DNA of 64,000 nt from Octopus sinensis. Its lineage: Eukaryota. The stretch is from NCBI RefSeq assembly GCF_006345805.1, contig NC_043000.1:18476001-18540000 (forward strand). Reading direction: 5' to 3'. How positions within the stretch are numbered: position 1 is the stretch's first letter; each line of letters starts with the position of its first letter. Of the stretch, positions 48,598-61,589 are shown one piece after another. A model generated the notes under the pieces. It saw only the letters and a program-made list of their open reading frames with translations, was not told the origin of the DNA and did no database searches. The translations under genes were made by a program, and so were the position numbers.

Positions 48598-49065
48598 TCT
48601 ACACCGAAATGCCTTTCCAGTCACCAGCCTTCATCTGTCTCCAGGTTGGTTGAAATGCATGAAGCTTTGAAGCAGAAATGCCATAGAAAACTGAGCTGTG
48701 GTGTCCTGTCTTTGCAGGACAATGTACCAGCACACACACAGCGCATGAAACTCTACTGAAAATACACGAATTTGGTTTCAAACTGGTAGACCACCTACTT
48801 TACTCTAACTCAGCCCCCCTTTGACTATCATCTCTTTCCACAACTGAAGAAACATCTCAAGGGGAAGAAATTTCTCTCCAGTTTGGAAGTGATTGTTGCT
48901 ACAGAGGCCTGGTTGGTGGCCGAACCGTCTGGGTTCATTCCACAGGGCTTAACAAAACTGCGGAGCCACTGAAATAAGAGAGAGGAATATGTTGGATAAA
49001 ATCATAATTAACATAACCTCCTGTATTTTCTTTTACATAAAGCCAAGAAATTTTCAGCACTGACT
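48598..49065 (+). mobile_element. Degenerate mariner transposase 3' relic
   Basis: Reads ...LQDNVPAH...LVDHLLYS...DYHLFPQLKKHLKGKKF..., the mariner HDNA and YSPDLAP-DYHLF region; TIR-like end. Confidence 0.8.
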
Positions 49066-49257
49066 CTTATAAATATGATAGGCTTCTTCCAATTTCTATC
49101 TACCAAATCCACTCACAAGGTTTTGGTCAATGCAAAGCAGCAGTAAAACACACTTGCCCAAGCTGCTGCACAGTGGGACTGAACTCAAACCTACATAGTT
49201 AGGAAGTAAGCTTCTTAACCACACAGCCACACTTGTATATCTAAATATTTTACATAA

Positions 49258-49641
49258 GTGGAGGTGCAATGGCTCAGTGGTTAGGGCAGCGGACTCGCGG
49301 TCATAGGATCGCGGTTTCGATTCCCAGACCGGGCGTTGTGAGTGTTTATTGAGTGAAAACACCTAAAGCTCCACGAGGCTCCGGCAGGGGGTGGTGGTGA
49401 TCCCTGCTGTACTCTTTCACCACAACTTTCTCTCACTCTTACTTCCTGTTTCTGTTGTACCTGTATTTCAAAGGGCCGGCCTCGTCACTCTCTGTGTCAC
49501 GTTGAATATCCCCGAGAACTACGTTAAGGGTACACGTGTCTGTGGAGTGCTCAGCCACTTACACGTTAATTTCACGAGCAGGCTGTTCCGTTGATTCGCA
49601 TCAACCGGAACCCTCGTCGTCGTAATCGACGGAGTGATTCC
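49258..49641 (+). mobile_element. SINE family D (tail type i)
   Basis: Reverse-complement match to 6779-7161. Confidence 0.9.
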
Positions 49642-49722
49642 AATTTTACATGATCTAACTTCAAATTTTAATTCAAAACAAATACTGAAACAACGTAATT
49701 TAACTGAAAGTTATAAAATTAC

Positions 49723-49848
49723 TTTTTGTTTGGTGTGGTAACTTAAATCTGTGAGGTATGTTGTGGCATTTCGTTTCCAAGAGAAAAGCAGACTGGAGCA
49801 TCTCGAGCCATTCTCCAACCATTGTCTGTACTCTTTCACTGGTGATAC
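49723..49848 (-). CDS. FASTKD3: FASTKD coding exon 2 (S-ITSERVQTMVGEWLEMLQSAFLLETKCHNIPHRFKLPHQTK)
   Basis: 126 nt, phase 1/1, acceptor catttcAG, donor GTAATT; FAST_2-like L..A..LE motif. Confidence 0.85.
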
Positions 49849-49985
49849 CTGAAATGGGAGAATTAAATAATTGAAACTTTGCAAGACAAACAACTGAAAG
49901 ATGGAGAGACAATAACAAATGAAAAAGAGGAGAAAAAAACAAATGACAGGGAAAAAAAAAAAAAAAAAAAGGAAAATAGGATTGG

Positions 49986-50388
49986 AGGCGTAGGAGTGGC
50001 TGTGTGGTAAGTAGCTTGTTTACCGACCACATGGTTCCGGGTTCAGTCCCACTGCGTGGCACCTTGGGCAAGTGTCTTCTACTGTAGCCCCAGGCCAACC
50101 AAAGCCTTGTGAGTGGATTTGCTAGACGGAAACTGAAAGAAGCCCATCGTATATATGTATATATGTATGCGTGTGTGTATTTGTGTGTCTGTGTTTGTCC
50201 CCCTAGCATTGCTTGACAACCAATGCTGGTGTGTTTACGTCCCCGTTACTTAGCGGTTCAGCAAAAGAGACCGATAGAATAAGTACTGGGCTTACAAAGA
50301 ATAAGTCCCGGGGTCAAGTTGCTCGATTAAAGGCGGTGCTCCAGCATGGCCGCAGTCAAATGACTGAAACAAGTAAAAGAGTAAAGAG
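49986..50388 (+). mobile_element. SINE family B
   Basis: Match to family. Confidence 0.9.
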
Positions 50389-50462
50389 GATTGTCTCCAG
50401 ACATGTATCATGGAAGGTTACTGTTGTTCATTAGCCCCTGCTGAGCCCTGATCCACTCCATT

Positions 50463-50601
50463 CCGGTTCAAAGTCTCTCTTGACCAGAAATGGCCTGAAC
50501 TCTTTGCATGAACACCCTCCCTGTACATAACTCCATGTCCCCCTACATGGCCTTGCTTTTTGCTTTTTGAGCCAAAAAATTAACTTAACTAACTTAACTA
50601 T
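50463..50601 (+). mobile_element. Short 3' end of the same CR1 family as 11575-12140
   Basis: Near-identical to 11998-12130. Confidence 0.85.
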
Positions 50602-50768
50602 ATCTATGCGGTATTTTTATGTATCATCCTATGCAATCTTCCCTTTTTAAATGACATGGTATGAGATTTAGTTGCTATTTCTACACATTGCTTTTGTATT
50701 ATGGGCTGTTAGGGTGATCCATTTTTAATCTCTTTCCAACTTCACCCTACCCCCTCCCAAAATGTTAT

Positions 50769-51160
50769 ATAGGCGCAGGAGTGACTGTGTGGTAAGTAGC
50801 TTGCTAACCAACCACATGGTTCCGGGTTCAGTCCCACTGCGTGGCATCTTGGGTAAGTGTCTTCTGCTATAGCCCCGGGCCGACCAATGTCTTGTGAGTG
50901 GATTTGGTAGACGGAAACTGAAAGAAGCCTGTCGTATATATGTATGTGTGTGTGTGTGTCTGTGTTTGTCCCCCTAGCATTGCTTGATAACCGATGCTGG
51001 TGTGTTTACGTCCCCGTCACTTAGCGGTTCGGCAAAAGAGACCGATAGAATAAGTACTGGGCTTACAAAGAATAAGTCCCGGGGTCGATTTGCTCGACTA
51101 AAGGCGGTGCTCCAGCATGGCTGCAGGCAAATGACTGAAACAAGTAAAAGAGTAAAGAGT
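50769..51160 (+). mobile_element. SINE family B
   Basis: Match to family. Confidence 0.9.
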
Positions 51161-51406
51161 ATATATATATATAATATATTTATGTATGTTTGTCCCACAT
51201 CTCTGCTGGAAAAACAGACTCGGTTCGTTTATATCACCATAACTTAGCAGTCCAGCTAAAGAGAACAATAACATAAGTATTAGGCTTAAACATTAAGTAT
51301 TGGGGTCAATTTGTTCAACTAAACACTTCAAGACATTGCCCCTGCATGGCTGTAGTCCAATGACTGAAGTAAGCGAAAGATAACAGGTATGCTATAAATA
51401 TATGAT

Positions 51407-52137
51407 ATATATATTATATAATATACAAACACTAATGTTATGCAACTCATCCTTTACTTCTTACACAGTATATATTATATAATATATATCATATTACATA
51501 ATGTATTATATAATATATGCACGTACCATTATAATACTAATTATAATACACCCATGCATAGACATATATATTCACACATACAATAAATTCAGGGTGAATA
51601 CTTGATAAATGTAAGCACCTGTATATGCCAGCTAGTAGCATAGGTGAGAGGATATATATATTCTTACAAGAATAAGTTGTTCTATAAAGCCCGAAACATA
51701 TGTACCGCAACATCCTGTGTCCTGTTTTTCATTTATTTCATTTGATACATATATCCTCTCACCTATGCTACTAGCTGGCATATACAGGTGCTTACATTTA
51801 TCAAGTATTTACCCTGAATTTATTGTATGTGTGAATATATATGTCTATGCATGGGTGTATTATAATTAGTATTATAATGGTATATGCATATATTATATAA
51901 TACATTATGTAATGTGATATATATTATATAATATTATATCGTGTAAGAAGTAAAGGATGAGTTGCATAACATTAGTGTTTGTATATTATATAATATATAT
52001 TTCACTATGTATCTATTATATAATATATATATATATATATATTCTTACAAGAATAAGTTGTTCTATAAAGCCCGAAACATATGTACCGCAACATCCTTTG
52101 TGTCCTGTTTTTCATTTATTTCATTTGATTCATATAT
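51407..52137. repeat. Inverted repeat with 250-bp arms and a directly repeated ~100-bp spacer (A-S-A'-S)
   Basis: Arm 51407-51657 = reverse complement of 51749-52000; spacer 51658-51748 repeated at about 52040-52137. Confidence 0.95.
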
Positions 52138-52867
52138 TCACACATACATATATATGACCATCTTTTTTTCAATCTCTTACAAAATCCACTGACAGGTTTT
52201 GGTTAGCCAGAAGCTATTATAGTAGAAGGCACTTGCTCCAAGTGCCATTTGCTGGGACTGAACCTGAAACGTGTAGCTGGGAAGTAAACTTTTTAACCCC
52301 ATAACCATACCTACGTAACCATGTTCGCACAAGTACAAATAAAAAATCCCACTGTGTAGCACCTTGGGCTTCTTTCGGTTTCTGTCTACCAAATCCATTG
52401 ATTTGGTAGACAGAAACCGAAAGAAGCCCATCGTATATACATATATATGAGTGTTTGTGTTTGTCTCTCACAACCATATGGCAATCAATGTTGGTGTGTT
52501 TACAGACCCATAACTTAGGGACTCGGCAAAAGAGACTGATAGAATAAGCTCCAGGCTTTAAAAAAATAGAAAAGTACTGGGATGATTTGTTGAAGTAAAA
52601 TTCTTCAAGGTGGTGTCCCAGCATGGCCACAGTCTAATGACTGAAACAAGATAAAAAGGTGTGTGAGTGTTTGAATACATATATGTGTGCGTGAGAGAGA
52701 AAATATACATATGTATTTCTTCAAACACATACATATACATTAGCCCAGAACATGGGTTTTTGAAATGTTGAACAATGAAAGCACATACACACAAAATACA
52801 CACTATGCAGATTTCTTTCCAAAGGATGGCATTATTATGTAAATAAAAAAAAAAAACTTTTTACATA

Positions 52868-53280
52868 TAGGTGTAGGAGTGGCTGTGTGGTAAGTAGCTT
52901 GCTTACCAACCACATGGTTCCGGGTTCAGTCCCACTGCGTGGCACCTTGGGCAAGTGTCTTCTACTATAGCCTCGGGTGGACCAAAGCATTGTGAGTGGA
53001 TTTGGTAGACGGAAACTGAAAGAAGCCTGTCGTATATATGTGTATATATATATATGCCTGTGTGTGTTTGTGTGTCTGTGTTTGTCCCCCTAGCATTGCT
53101 TGACAACCGATGCTGGTGTGTTTATGTCCCCGTCACTTAGCGGTTCGGCAAAAGAGGACGATAGAATAAGTACTGGGCTTACAAAGAATAAGTCCCGGGG
53201 TCGAGTTGCTCGACTAAAGGCAGTGCTCTAGCATGGCCGCAGTCAACTGACTGAAACAAGTAAAAGAGTAAAAGAGAGTA
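52868..53280 (+). mobile_element. SINE family B
   Basis: Match to family; diverged partial copies at 52160-52660, 12335-12560, 49080-49230 and 56355-56460. Confidence 0.9.
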
Positions 53281-54026
53281 AGAGAGTTAACAACTTTAAA
53301 AAAAACTTTCTTTTTATATATATATATATATGAAGTATGAATAACCTAAAATGAAAGTTAATTTAGATTTGGTTCTGACTAAAAGTTCCCCTGACATTTA
53401 CTGACAGCATGTTGAGACAATAGTTTAGAAGAGTATTTTTAGCAGCAGTATGAAGTACTAACTGCAGCTCCTCATGGTAATTCAACAACCATTTCTATTG
53501 TCATTATATTAATAATACATCATGTACATTAAATTATCATATTTTCCCCCATTGAAATATAAAACTACATATGTACAATATTATCAGAAACAACATCACA
53601 AAATTTCATCATTTTTGAAGTGTAACTACATTAATAGAAAAAAATAGAAAATCATATCATAAAAAACATCCAAGTGTAGCTATATCTTTCAATAGATCTT
53701 TCAATATGAGTAGAATTAGGCAACACAAAGTCAGTAGTGTGTTCATTATTTTGCTAAGGCTGTAGTGTAAGTTCTTCGTAAGGAATCAGAGTAGACAGTT
53801 TTCAGAAATACAAATACTTTCAGTCAGAACATTTGCATCGTACATAATCTTAGTTTTATCAGAAATTATCTCTTAGTGGAGCTGAATCCTTACTTACTAT
53901 AGTATCTTTTTGACCACTTTGAAAATTAATTTGAGCATATTGGACTAAAAGGTGGTCCTAGTTACAAATGTACATCCTCAACGTATTTAAACCTTACTCT
54001 TGTGTTTAATATCAAACATATAAGTT

Positions 54027-54394
54027 GTGGCACGTAAAAAGCACCATCCGATCGTGGCCGTTGCCAGCCTTGCCTGGCCCATGTGCTGGTGGCACGTAAA
54101 AAGCACCATCCGATCGTGGCCATTGCCAGCCTCGCCTGGCCCATGTGCGGGTGGCACGTAAAAAGCACCATCCGATCGTGGCCATTTGCCAGCCTCGTCT
54201 GGCACCTGTGCGGGTGGCACGTAAAAAGCACCCACTACACTCACGGAGTGGTTGGCGTTAGGAAGGGCATCCAGCCGTAGAAACACTGCCAGATCAGACT
54301 GGGCCTGGTGCAGCCTTCTGGCTTCCCAGACCCCAGTTGAACCGTCCAACCCATGCTAGCATGGAAAGCGGACGCTAAATGATGATGATGATGA
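54027..54394 (+). mobile_element. RTE 3' end (family A)
   Basis: Same core and tail. Confidence 0.88.
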
Positions 54395-54653
54395 AGTTAT
54401 GGATTTCCGATCAGTTACTAGAGTCAGTCATTTGCCTAATTTCCAAGACATTAGTAAATTAAGTACCAATAATAACTAAGATTCAAATTATATTGATGAT
54501 ATAAGAAAAGATAGCTTAACATCAGAACTATTCTTTGTTGTGTTTTGTCTCGAGTCCACTCTTCAACTAAACCTTTCAAAGCAGTGACCCAGCATGGCTG
54601 CATTTCAATGACTGAAACAAGTATTGATAAAAGGTAAAATTGAAATTACTTAC

Positions 54654-56031
54654 TTTTGATCTTGGACAAAAATGATGGTGTAAGTATGAAATGTGAGAAG
54701 TTGAGAGGATATCGTTGTAAGAATGCAAAAGAACATAAAAGCTCCACAATATTTGGAAGTGTAAAGTCTGATATTTTAGATTGAAGAACTTCTTCTGTTT
54801 TCAAGAAAAACTTGGTACTTTCAGTTGGCAAATAATTCAATTGTCCATAGGGTCGAAGAATAGAATAAAGCTGTAGGCACGAATAATTTTGACCATTTTT
54901 AATAAAGTCTTCTGCTACAATATCAAATAGTAACGGAGACAAATAACGTTGAGCTCGACAATATTCCATTGCTAAAGCCAACAGGTTATAATCAATTTTA
55001 GCAATTTTAGCAGGAATATATCGCTCAAGAGATTTTATAATACTTGATTCAGTATAATGAAAATGTAAAAATCCAGCAATAATTTGAGTTAAATGAGCAT
55101 CATTCAAATCATGTATATTCATACGGGTCCATTTTCCAATACATTGCAGGACTTTGATATCATTCATCTTCAAACGAAGCATGTCTAAGACAATACTAGC
55201 AACATCTGACCCTTTCAGTTTCCACCAACACAAAAAGAATTGCTTCCGAATTAGTTTCATTAAGGGTCTTTTTGAAGTAGGAATGCATCGAAAAACTAAA
55301 TGGATGTTACTTGCATCGATCTCATCATAGCGGTTTCCAATATGAATCCAACAGGTCTCAATAAGAGTCTGTTGAGAATGAAAAGAAGCAATGCAACTCA
55401 GTTCACACAGTTCTGCAATGCTAAATTTACTGTTACTAATACGTTTTTCTATCTCTTCAAACAAGAACTGTGTCGATCCCATTATATTGTAATCTGATGT
55501 AAGGATGCAACGCATGAGGCAAAATAATGTGTCGTTACTTAAAGTGGTTACTTCTTTTTTCACCATTTCATATAGTTCATTCATTACTGCTGTTTGTATG
55601 AAGGAATCAACAGCTTCACCAACAGTATCATTCCTCTGAAAATGGCAGATTTTCTGCAAAGCAAATGCTGCAGTATAACCCGTGATCACATCCGAAGGAA
55701 CTTCCAACAGTTTGAAAACTTCTTTCAGATTATTGCATTGTTCTAATTTTTCTTGGAAGAATTCTTCTTCAGCTGTCATTGGTTTTACCTGAGTAACACT
55801 CTTCTCATTTTCATGTGGAAATTTACTGAGGTCCAGTTTACGAATGAATATTGGTAATTCTGTGACATCAAGCCCATCTTGTAAGAGGATTGATGATAAA
55901 CTGAGAATACGATTTTGAAATATTCTGTTGGAATAAAATCTGTTGCATTTGAAAGGGCATTTGTGAGCAATCACAGGACGTAATAGTTGCCAAAAATGTC
56001 TATAAGACAGTTGTAAGGCTCTCTGTGCCAT
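54654..56031 (-). CDS. FASTKD3: FASTK-family protein, large first coding exon (mitochondrial-type N-terminus plus helical/FAST_1 region)
   Basis: ORF 54646-56103; acceptor at 56045/46, ATG at 56031 (MAQRALQ...), donor A|GTAAGT. Motifs YLSPLLFD, PYGQLNYLP and CSFAFLQRYPLNF are typical of FASTKD. Paralog assignment is tentative. Confidence 0.85.
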
Positions 56032-57166
56032 TTCTGGTGAGTGCCTAAAATTTGAAACAGAAAAATAAGATATTAAATAATAAAATACAGAAAAATGGAT
56101 CAAAGCTGAAAAGGAATATTAGTCTAGTAAGTTACTTAGCAATCTCATTAGTGCCAGTGGCATGAAATTTTAAAAAAGCACCAGTACACCTTGTAAAGTG
56201 GTTGACGTAAGGAAGGGCATCGAGCTGTGGAAACCATGCCAAACAGACCATGGAACCTAGGTGCGGCTTATAGCCATGCCAGCTCCAGCCGAATAGTCCA
56301 ACCCATGCCAGCATGGAAAATGGACGTTAAATGATGAAGATTTCGTCTCTCAAATTCACTAACAAGGCACTGTGTAAAAGACACTTGTCCAAGGTGTCGC
56401 GCAGCAGGACTGAACTCGAAACCACGTGGTTGCGATGAGAACGTCTTAAATAAGACAGCTATGCTTGCGTTTATACACACACACACACAGCGATCTTTCC
56501 CGGAAAAGCCACTTTATAAGATAGCTGAAGAAAAGTGCGAGATTATATTTCAAACAACGCCCAAGATAAGTTCAGAGTAGTTAGTGACCATTTATAAAAC
56601 CTAGATTTCGGCCTGAAATAATATTTTTACATTTAGCTCAACAAATAACTTATAATTTTGTGGACGAGCAAACTTAGTCCCTGGTGGAAAACTTAATGCC
56701 ATTAGTTTCACCATAAACTTATCATTAGAAACAATTTGATCTTCTACCGAAGGGCTTCACACCTCTATTTTACAATGATTTCTAATTTTTTTAATTTTTT
56801 CATGAAGCACATCGCATTCTCTCTAATTCTCTCTCAGTTTGAAGACCATTCCTCTCAGGTCCCGACTTAGCAATTCTTACGTAATCTTAATAGGTTTATG
56901 TAACTGACTCTCTTACATGAATGGCATTAGTTGTTTCGATCTAAAAGTGATTCAGGTGAAGTTGACTCCGAAGGGATTCTAAGGTTAAGCTACATGAATG
57001 AAACTACATAGTAGGGCGCTACCATTTCAGTCCTTAACCAGCAACAATTTTATAATTTAATCATACTAACTTCATTGAAAAATACATGAGCAGCCTCATA
57101 GGTTCAGCATTATCTCCATTTTAAACAAAAATATAATAAATTGATCGTAGTTATGAGGTATAATGT

Positions 57167-57612
57167 TGTGATGTGAGGAGCCCCTAATCTTAAGGGCAGC
57201 GATCCATCACGCACTTCAAAATACTGCGTAGAATTACGACGTATCTCGACTTTTATGACAAAGGTCTATGATGAACTGGCAAGAAAAGTGACGGATAGAC
57301 CAACACAAAAAGTAATCAACTTTTGTTTAAGTTAATTTTAAATCGCAAGATTCAAAGCCTGTGAAGAATTATTCTTCTAGATTTTAATCTTACTCATAAA
57401 AAGCTTACAGTTGCATCATAAAAAGAGGAAATTCCTAGTTTCAACGACCTGGTGTTCATTGATGTACGATGAAACGTCTTGATACTTTATAACAGATAAT
57501 AAAATAACAAAATATTACAAAATTGACTATAAGGATGCTATTTTGAATTACTAATATAATTATTCTACACTGTAAATGTTTTAGTTTTCAATTAGGTGCT
57601 CCTCACATCACA
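57167..57612. mobile_element. Putative MITE with 22-bp TIRs
   Basis: TGTGATGTGAGGAGCCCCTAAT / ATTAGGTGCTCCTCACATCACA; no clear TSD. Confidence 0.55.
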
Positions 57613-58049
57613 TCGTATCACTTGCATGGCGCTTACGTAACTACTTTCAGATGAAGGGATACTGTTCAGAAAGAAAAAAAGAAGAAGCATAATACATATA
57701 ATAATAAATAAATAGAATCGTATTTTTATGATATTTACTTACTCTTTGAGTGTTTAGTTCAAGTTCCAGCCATAACACACCAAAACTACGACGAGCGATG
57801 AAGCAATATTTTCCCGTAATGAAAATCAGCATGTGCGGGAACTTTGAGTTATCTGCCCTTTAGTCTTCAACTTCCTTAATTCTGAAAAGGCTCTGAAGGC
57901 CAATTAACTTGTTCTTAAGCAGACGAAGTCAGTTGTTTATAACGAGACTGTCTGTTGCATTAAATTAAAAAAAAAAAAAAAGACGTTCTTGGGATTAGTG
58001 TGTATGTGATGTGTGCGACTACACAAATACATACATATCTTTATATGTA

Positions 58050-58418
58050 TGGGTGCAGGAGTGGCTGTGTGGTAAGTAGCTTGCTAACCAACCACAGAGT
58101 TCTGGGTTCAGTCCCACTGCGTGGCACCTTGGGCAAGTGTCTTCTACTATAGCCTCGGGCCGACCAAAGCCTTGTGAGTGGATTTGGTAGACGGAAACTG
58201 AAAAGAAGCCCGTCGTATATATGTATATATGCATGTGTGTGTTTGTGTGTCTGTGTTTGTCCCCCTAGCATTGCTTGACAACCGATGCTGGTGTGTTTAC
58301 GTCCCCGTCACTTAGCGGTTCGGCAAAAGATACCGATAGAATAAGTACTGGGCTTTCAAAGAATAAGTCCCGGGGTTGATTTGCTTGACTGAAGGCGGAC
58401 TGAAACAAGTAAAAGAGT
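58050..58418 (+). mobile_element. SINE family B
   Basis: Match to family. Confidence 0.9.
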
Positions 58419-58426
58419 ATATATAT

Positions 58427-58703
58427 TTATAAACAATTCATAAATAAGGGCAAACGAAAAAATTTCTAATGCCAAACATGCCGAAAAATTGGACATGTTG
58501 TCCATTAACCATTAATTTTTTCACACAATCTGCACTCTACTCGAAAAAAGGTCGACAGAAATTTCTAAAAAAATTCCATTATTACTATATAGATAGCGTG
58601 CGGATTGTGTGAAAAAATTAATGGTTAATGGACATGTCCAATTTTTCGGCATATTTGGCATTAGAAATTTTTTCGTTTGCCCTTATTTATGAATTGTTTA
58701 TAA
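58427..58703. mobile_element. Foldback/MITE with ~109-bp arms
   Basis: Arms 58427-58535 and 58598-58703 are near-perfect reverse complements. Confidence 0.88.
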
Positions 58704-58808
58704 GTTTAACCTTTGAAGGTATTTTTTAATATGCTGGCCATTGATAAAGTTTTTTTTGGGAAAATAATTTTTTTCGAAAAAAATTTTATCCTATTTTCTT
58801 TCTTTTAT

Positions 58809-59210
58809 TCTTTCTTTTACCTGTTTCAGTCATTTGACTGCGGCCATGCTGGAGCACCGCCTTTAGTCAAGCAACTCGACCCCGAGACTTATTCTTTTGT
58901 AAGCCCAGTACTTATTCTATCGGTCTCTTTTGCCGAACCGCTAAGTAACGGGGACATAAACACACCAGCATCGGTTGTCAAGCAATGCTAGGGGACAAAC
59001 ACAGACACACAAATACACACTCGCATACATATATATACATATATACGACGGGCTTCTTTCAGTTTCCGTCTACCAAATCCACTCACAAGGCTTAGGTCGG
59101 CCCGAGGCTATAGTAGAAGACACTTGCCCAAGGTGCCACGCAGTGGGACTGAACCTGCAACCATGTGGTTGGTAGACAAGCTACTTACCACACAGCCACT
59201 CCTGCGCCTA
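58809..59210 (-). mobile_element. SINE family B
   Basis: Match to family. Confidence 0.9.
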
Positions 59211-59473
59211 TTACATTAGATGTATATATATTTATGTATATGTACGCGTGTAAACATCACACACCTGTATTGCAATTTTTTCACACCCACTCACTAATCC
59301 AAGCATGTTAAAAAATACTATATATATATATATTTCTTTTTGCTGCTGATAATGATGATGATGATATTATTTAGCCCTGGGTCAACCTGATCCAGAAATA
59401 CTATGTTCAAAACTATTCCAGCTACGATCATTCCATATTTTAATCAGACATCCTATATCTATTTTATTTTTTA

Positions 59474-59781
59474 TTTATGCGCCCTTTTCAAGCTTAGCCA
59501 GGTTCATGGACCCGTTTTCACGGTTTCTATGGTGTATGTGTTCCCCCCAGCAGGACGGGACACCAGTCCATCGCAGCGTTACTCAAGAAACAGGAAGAAA
59601 GAGTGAGAGAAAGTCGGGGCGAAAGAGTATGTCAGGAGTCGCCACCATCCCCTGTCGGAGCCTCATGGAACTTTAGGTATTTTTGCTTAATAAACACACA
59701 CAATGCCCGGTCTGGGAATCGAAACCTCGATCCCCCGACTGCGAGCCCACTGCCCTAACCACTGTGCCATTGCGCATCCAC
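59474..59781 (-). mobile_element. SINE family D (tail type iii)
   Basis: Shared head and centre, different tail. Confidence 0.75.
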
Positions 59782-60005
59782 ACTATATTTATGAATCATT
59801 ATTTTTTTTGAAAGATTCTATGGTCTAATTTCAAGCCTGGAGTGCTTGCATTCCTTCAAGTTGCAAGATGGTAATTTGGTGGCTGTGACAAAGATGGAAA
59901 GGAGATGCTTTGCTAGGATCAAATTTCAGAATAAGTTAATTATCTCTTTAAAATAACTTTATTCTATCAAGAATACCAAAATCCCTTATTATTCTACATG
60001 TGCAC

Positions 60006-60376
60006 ATGCCGGTGGCATGTAAAAAGCACCATCCGTTCATGGCTGTTGCCAGCCTAGCTTGGCCCCCGTGCCGGTGGCACGTAAAAAGCACCATCCTTTC
60101 GTGGCCGTTGCCAGCTCTGCCTGGCCCCCGTGCCGGTGGCACGTAAAAATCACCATTCGTCCGTGGCCGTTTGCCAGCTCCGTCTGGCACCTGGCATGTA
60201 AAAAGCACCCACTACACTCACGGAGTGGTTGGCGTTAGGAAGGGCATCCAGCTGTAGAAACACTGCCAGATCAGACTGGGCCTGATGCATCCTTCTGGCT
60301 TCACAGACCCCAGTTGAACCGTCCAACCCATGCTAGCATGGAAAGCGGACGCTAAATGATGATGATGATGATGATT
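60006..60376 (+). mobile_element. RTE 3' end (family A)
   Basis: Same core and tail; a diverged copy lies at 56155-56340. Confidence 0.88.
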
Positions 60377-60391
60377 GTCAAATGTTGTTTG

Positions 60392-60695
60392 TTCCTTCTC
60401 AAGCCACACCTGGCTCATAGGGCCGGTTTCCTGGTTTCCAGGTTTTCTTGGCATATTGGTTCCCCACCTGGACAGGATGCTGATCCATCGCAGGCAAGCT
60501 GCAAGATGCAGGAGGAAAGAGTGAGAGAAAGTTGTGATGAAAGAGTCAGCAGAAGTTCACCATTACCTTTTGCCAGAGCCACATGGAGCTTAGGTGTTTC
60601 ACTCATAAACACACACATTGCCCGGTCTGAGATTCGAACCTGCGATCCCTCAACCACATGTCCGCTGCTCTAACCACTAGGCCATGTGCCTCCAC
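60392..60695 (-). mobile_element. SINE family D (tail type iv)
   Basis: Shared head and centre, different tail. Confidence 0.7.
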
Positions 60696-61589
60696 TTGTC
60701 AAATGTAATGTTCGTTTATTCACATTGTTTTGAATTAATCATGTATTATTCTGTAGCCATGAGATTTTCATGATGTAATTGCTTATTTTTAGAAGGACAT
60801 TGCAAGATAGGTGTGAGAGGCCACATCTGGCTGGTTTGAACATAAAACAGGTAGAGTAGTTATGGCAGATATGGCTGGTTTGAATTCTAAAAGGTTAAGC
60901 CTTGTATGATTTCCAAAACATCACATCATGTAGGTATCATTTATTGATAATATAAATGAAAACTACTATTTTGCAAGTGTAGACAACCTTCAGAGGTTTT
61001 CAAGAAAAAAATATATTTTATGTTGGATGTTAATTATTGGATGTATTGCCTATTATTCTACTTCTCAGTACTCTTCATAGTTTCACTGATTAAATACTTT
61101 GTCCTGAGAATAAAAAGTCATGTGAAGGGCAATGAGCATACTTTTTATGTTCTTTATAAATCATGTTTTACAATAACAAGACATGCTTTAAGAAATTCCA
61201 GCCAATAACATTTACATTTTATATACTGAAATTGAAATCGAAATCAAATTCAATTACTGGAATCCGTGCTAGTGGAGCGCTAAGAGTACCATACGAGCGC
61301 GATCGTTGCCAGAGCAACAAACTTGCCTCTGTGCTGGTGGCACGTAAAAAGCACCATTCAAGTGTGGTCGTTACCTCCATCGCCTTATTTGCACTTGTGC
61401 TGGTGGCTCGTGAAAAAGCATTCAAGCAAGGTCGTTGCCAGTGCCACTGGATGGGTTCCTGTGCAGGTGGCACATAAAAAGCACCATTTGAGCGTGGTCG
61501 TTGCCAGTACCGACATAAAACCTGCAGCTCAGTGGTTAGCAATGGTGTTGACTTGTTCTTTTTTTCGGATTATGACTGCTGTTGCTTAG

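Noticed and set aside
53898-53957. Possible 60-nt cassette (poison) exon in FASTKD intron 1
   Set aside because: Good GTAAGT donor but no polypyrimidine tract; unsupported without reads.
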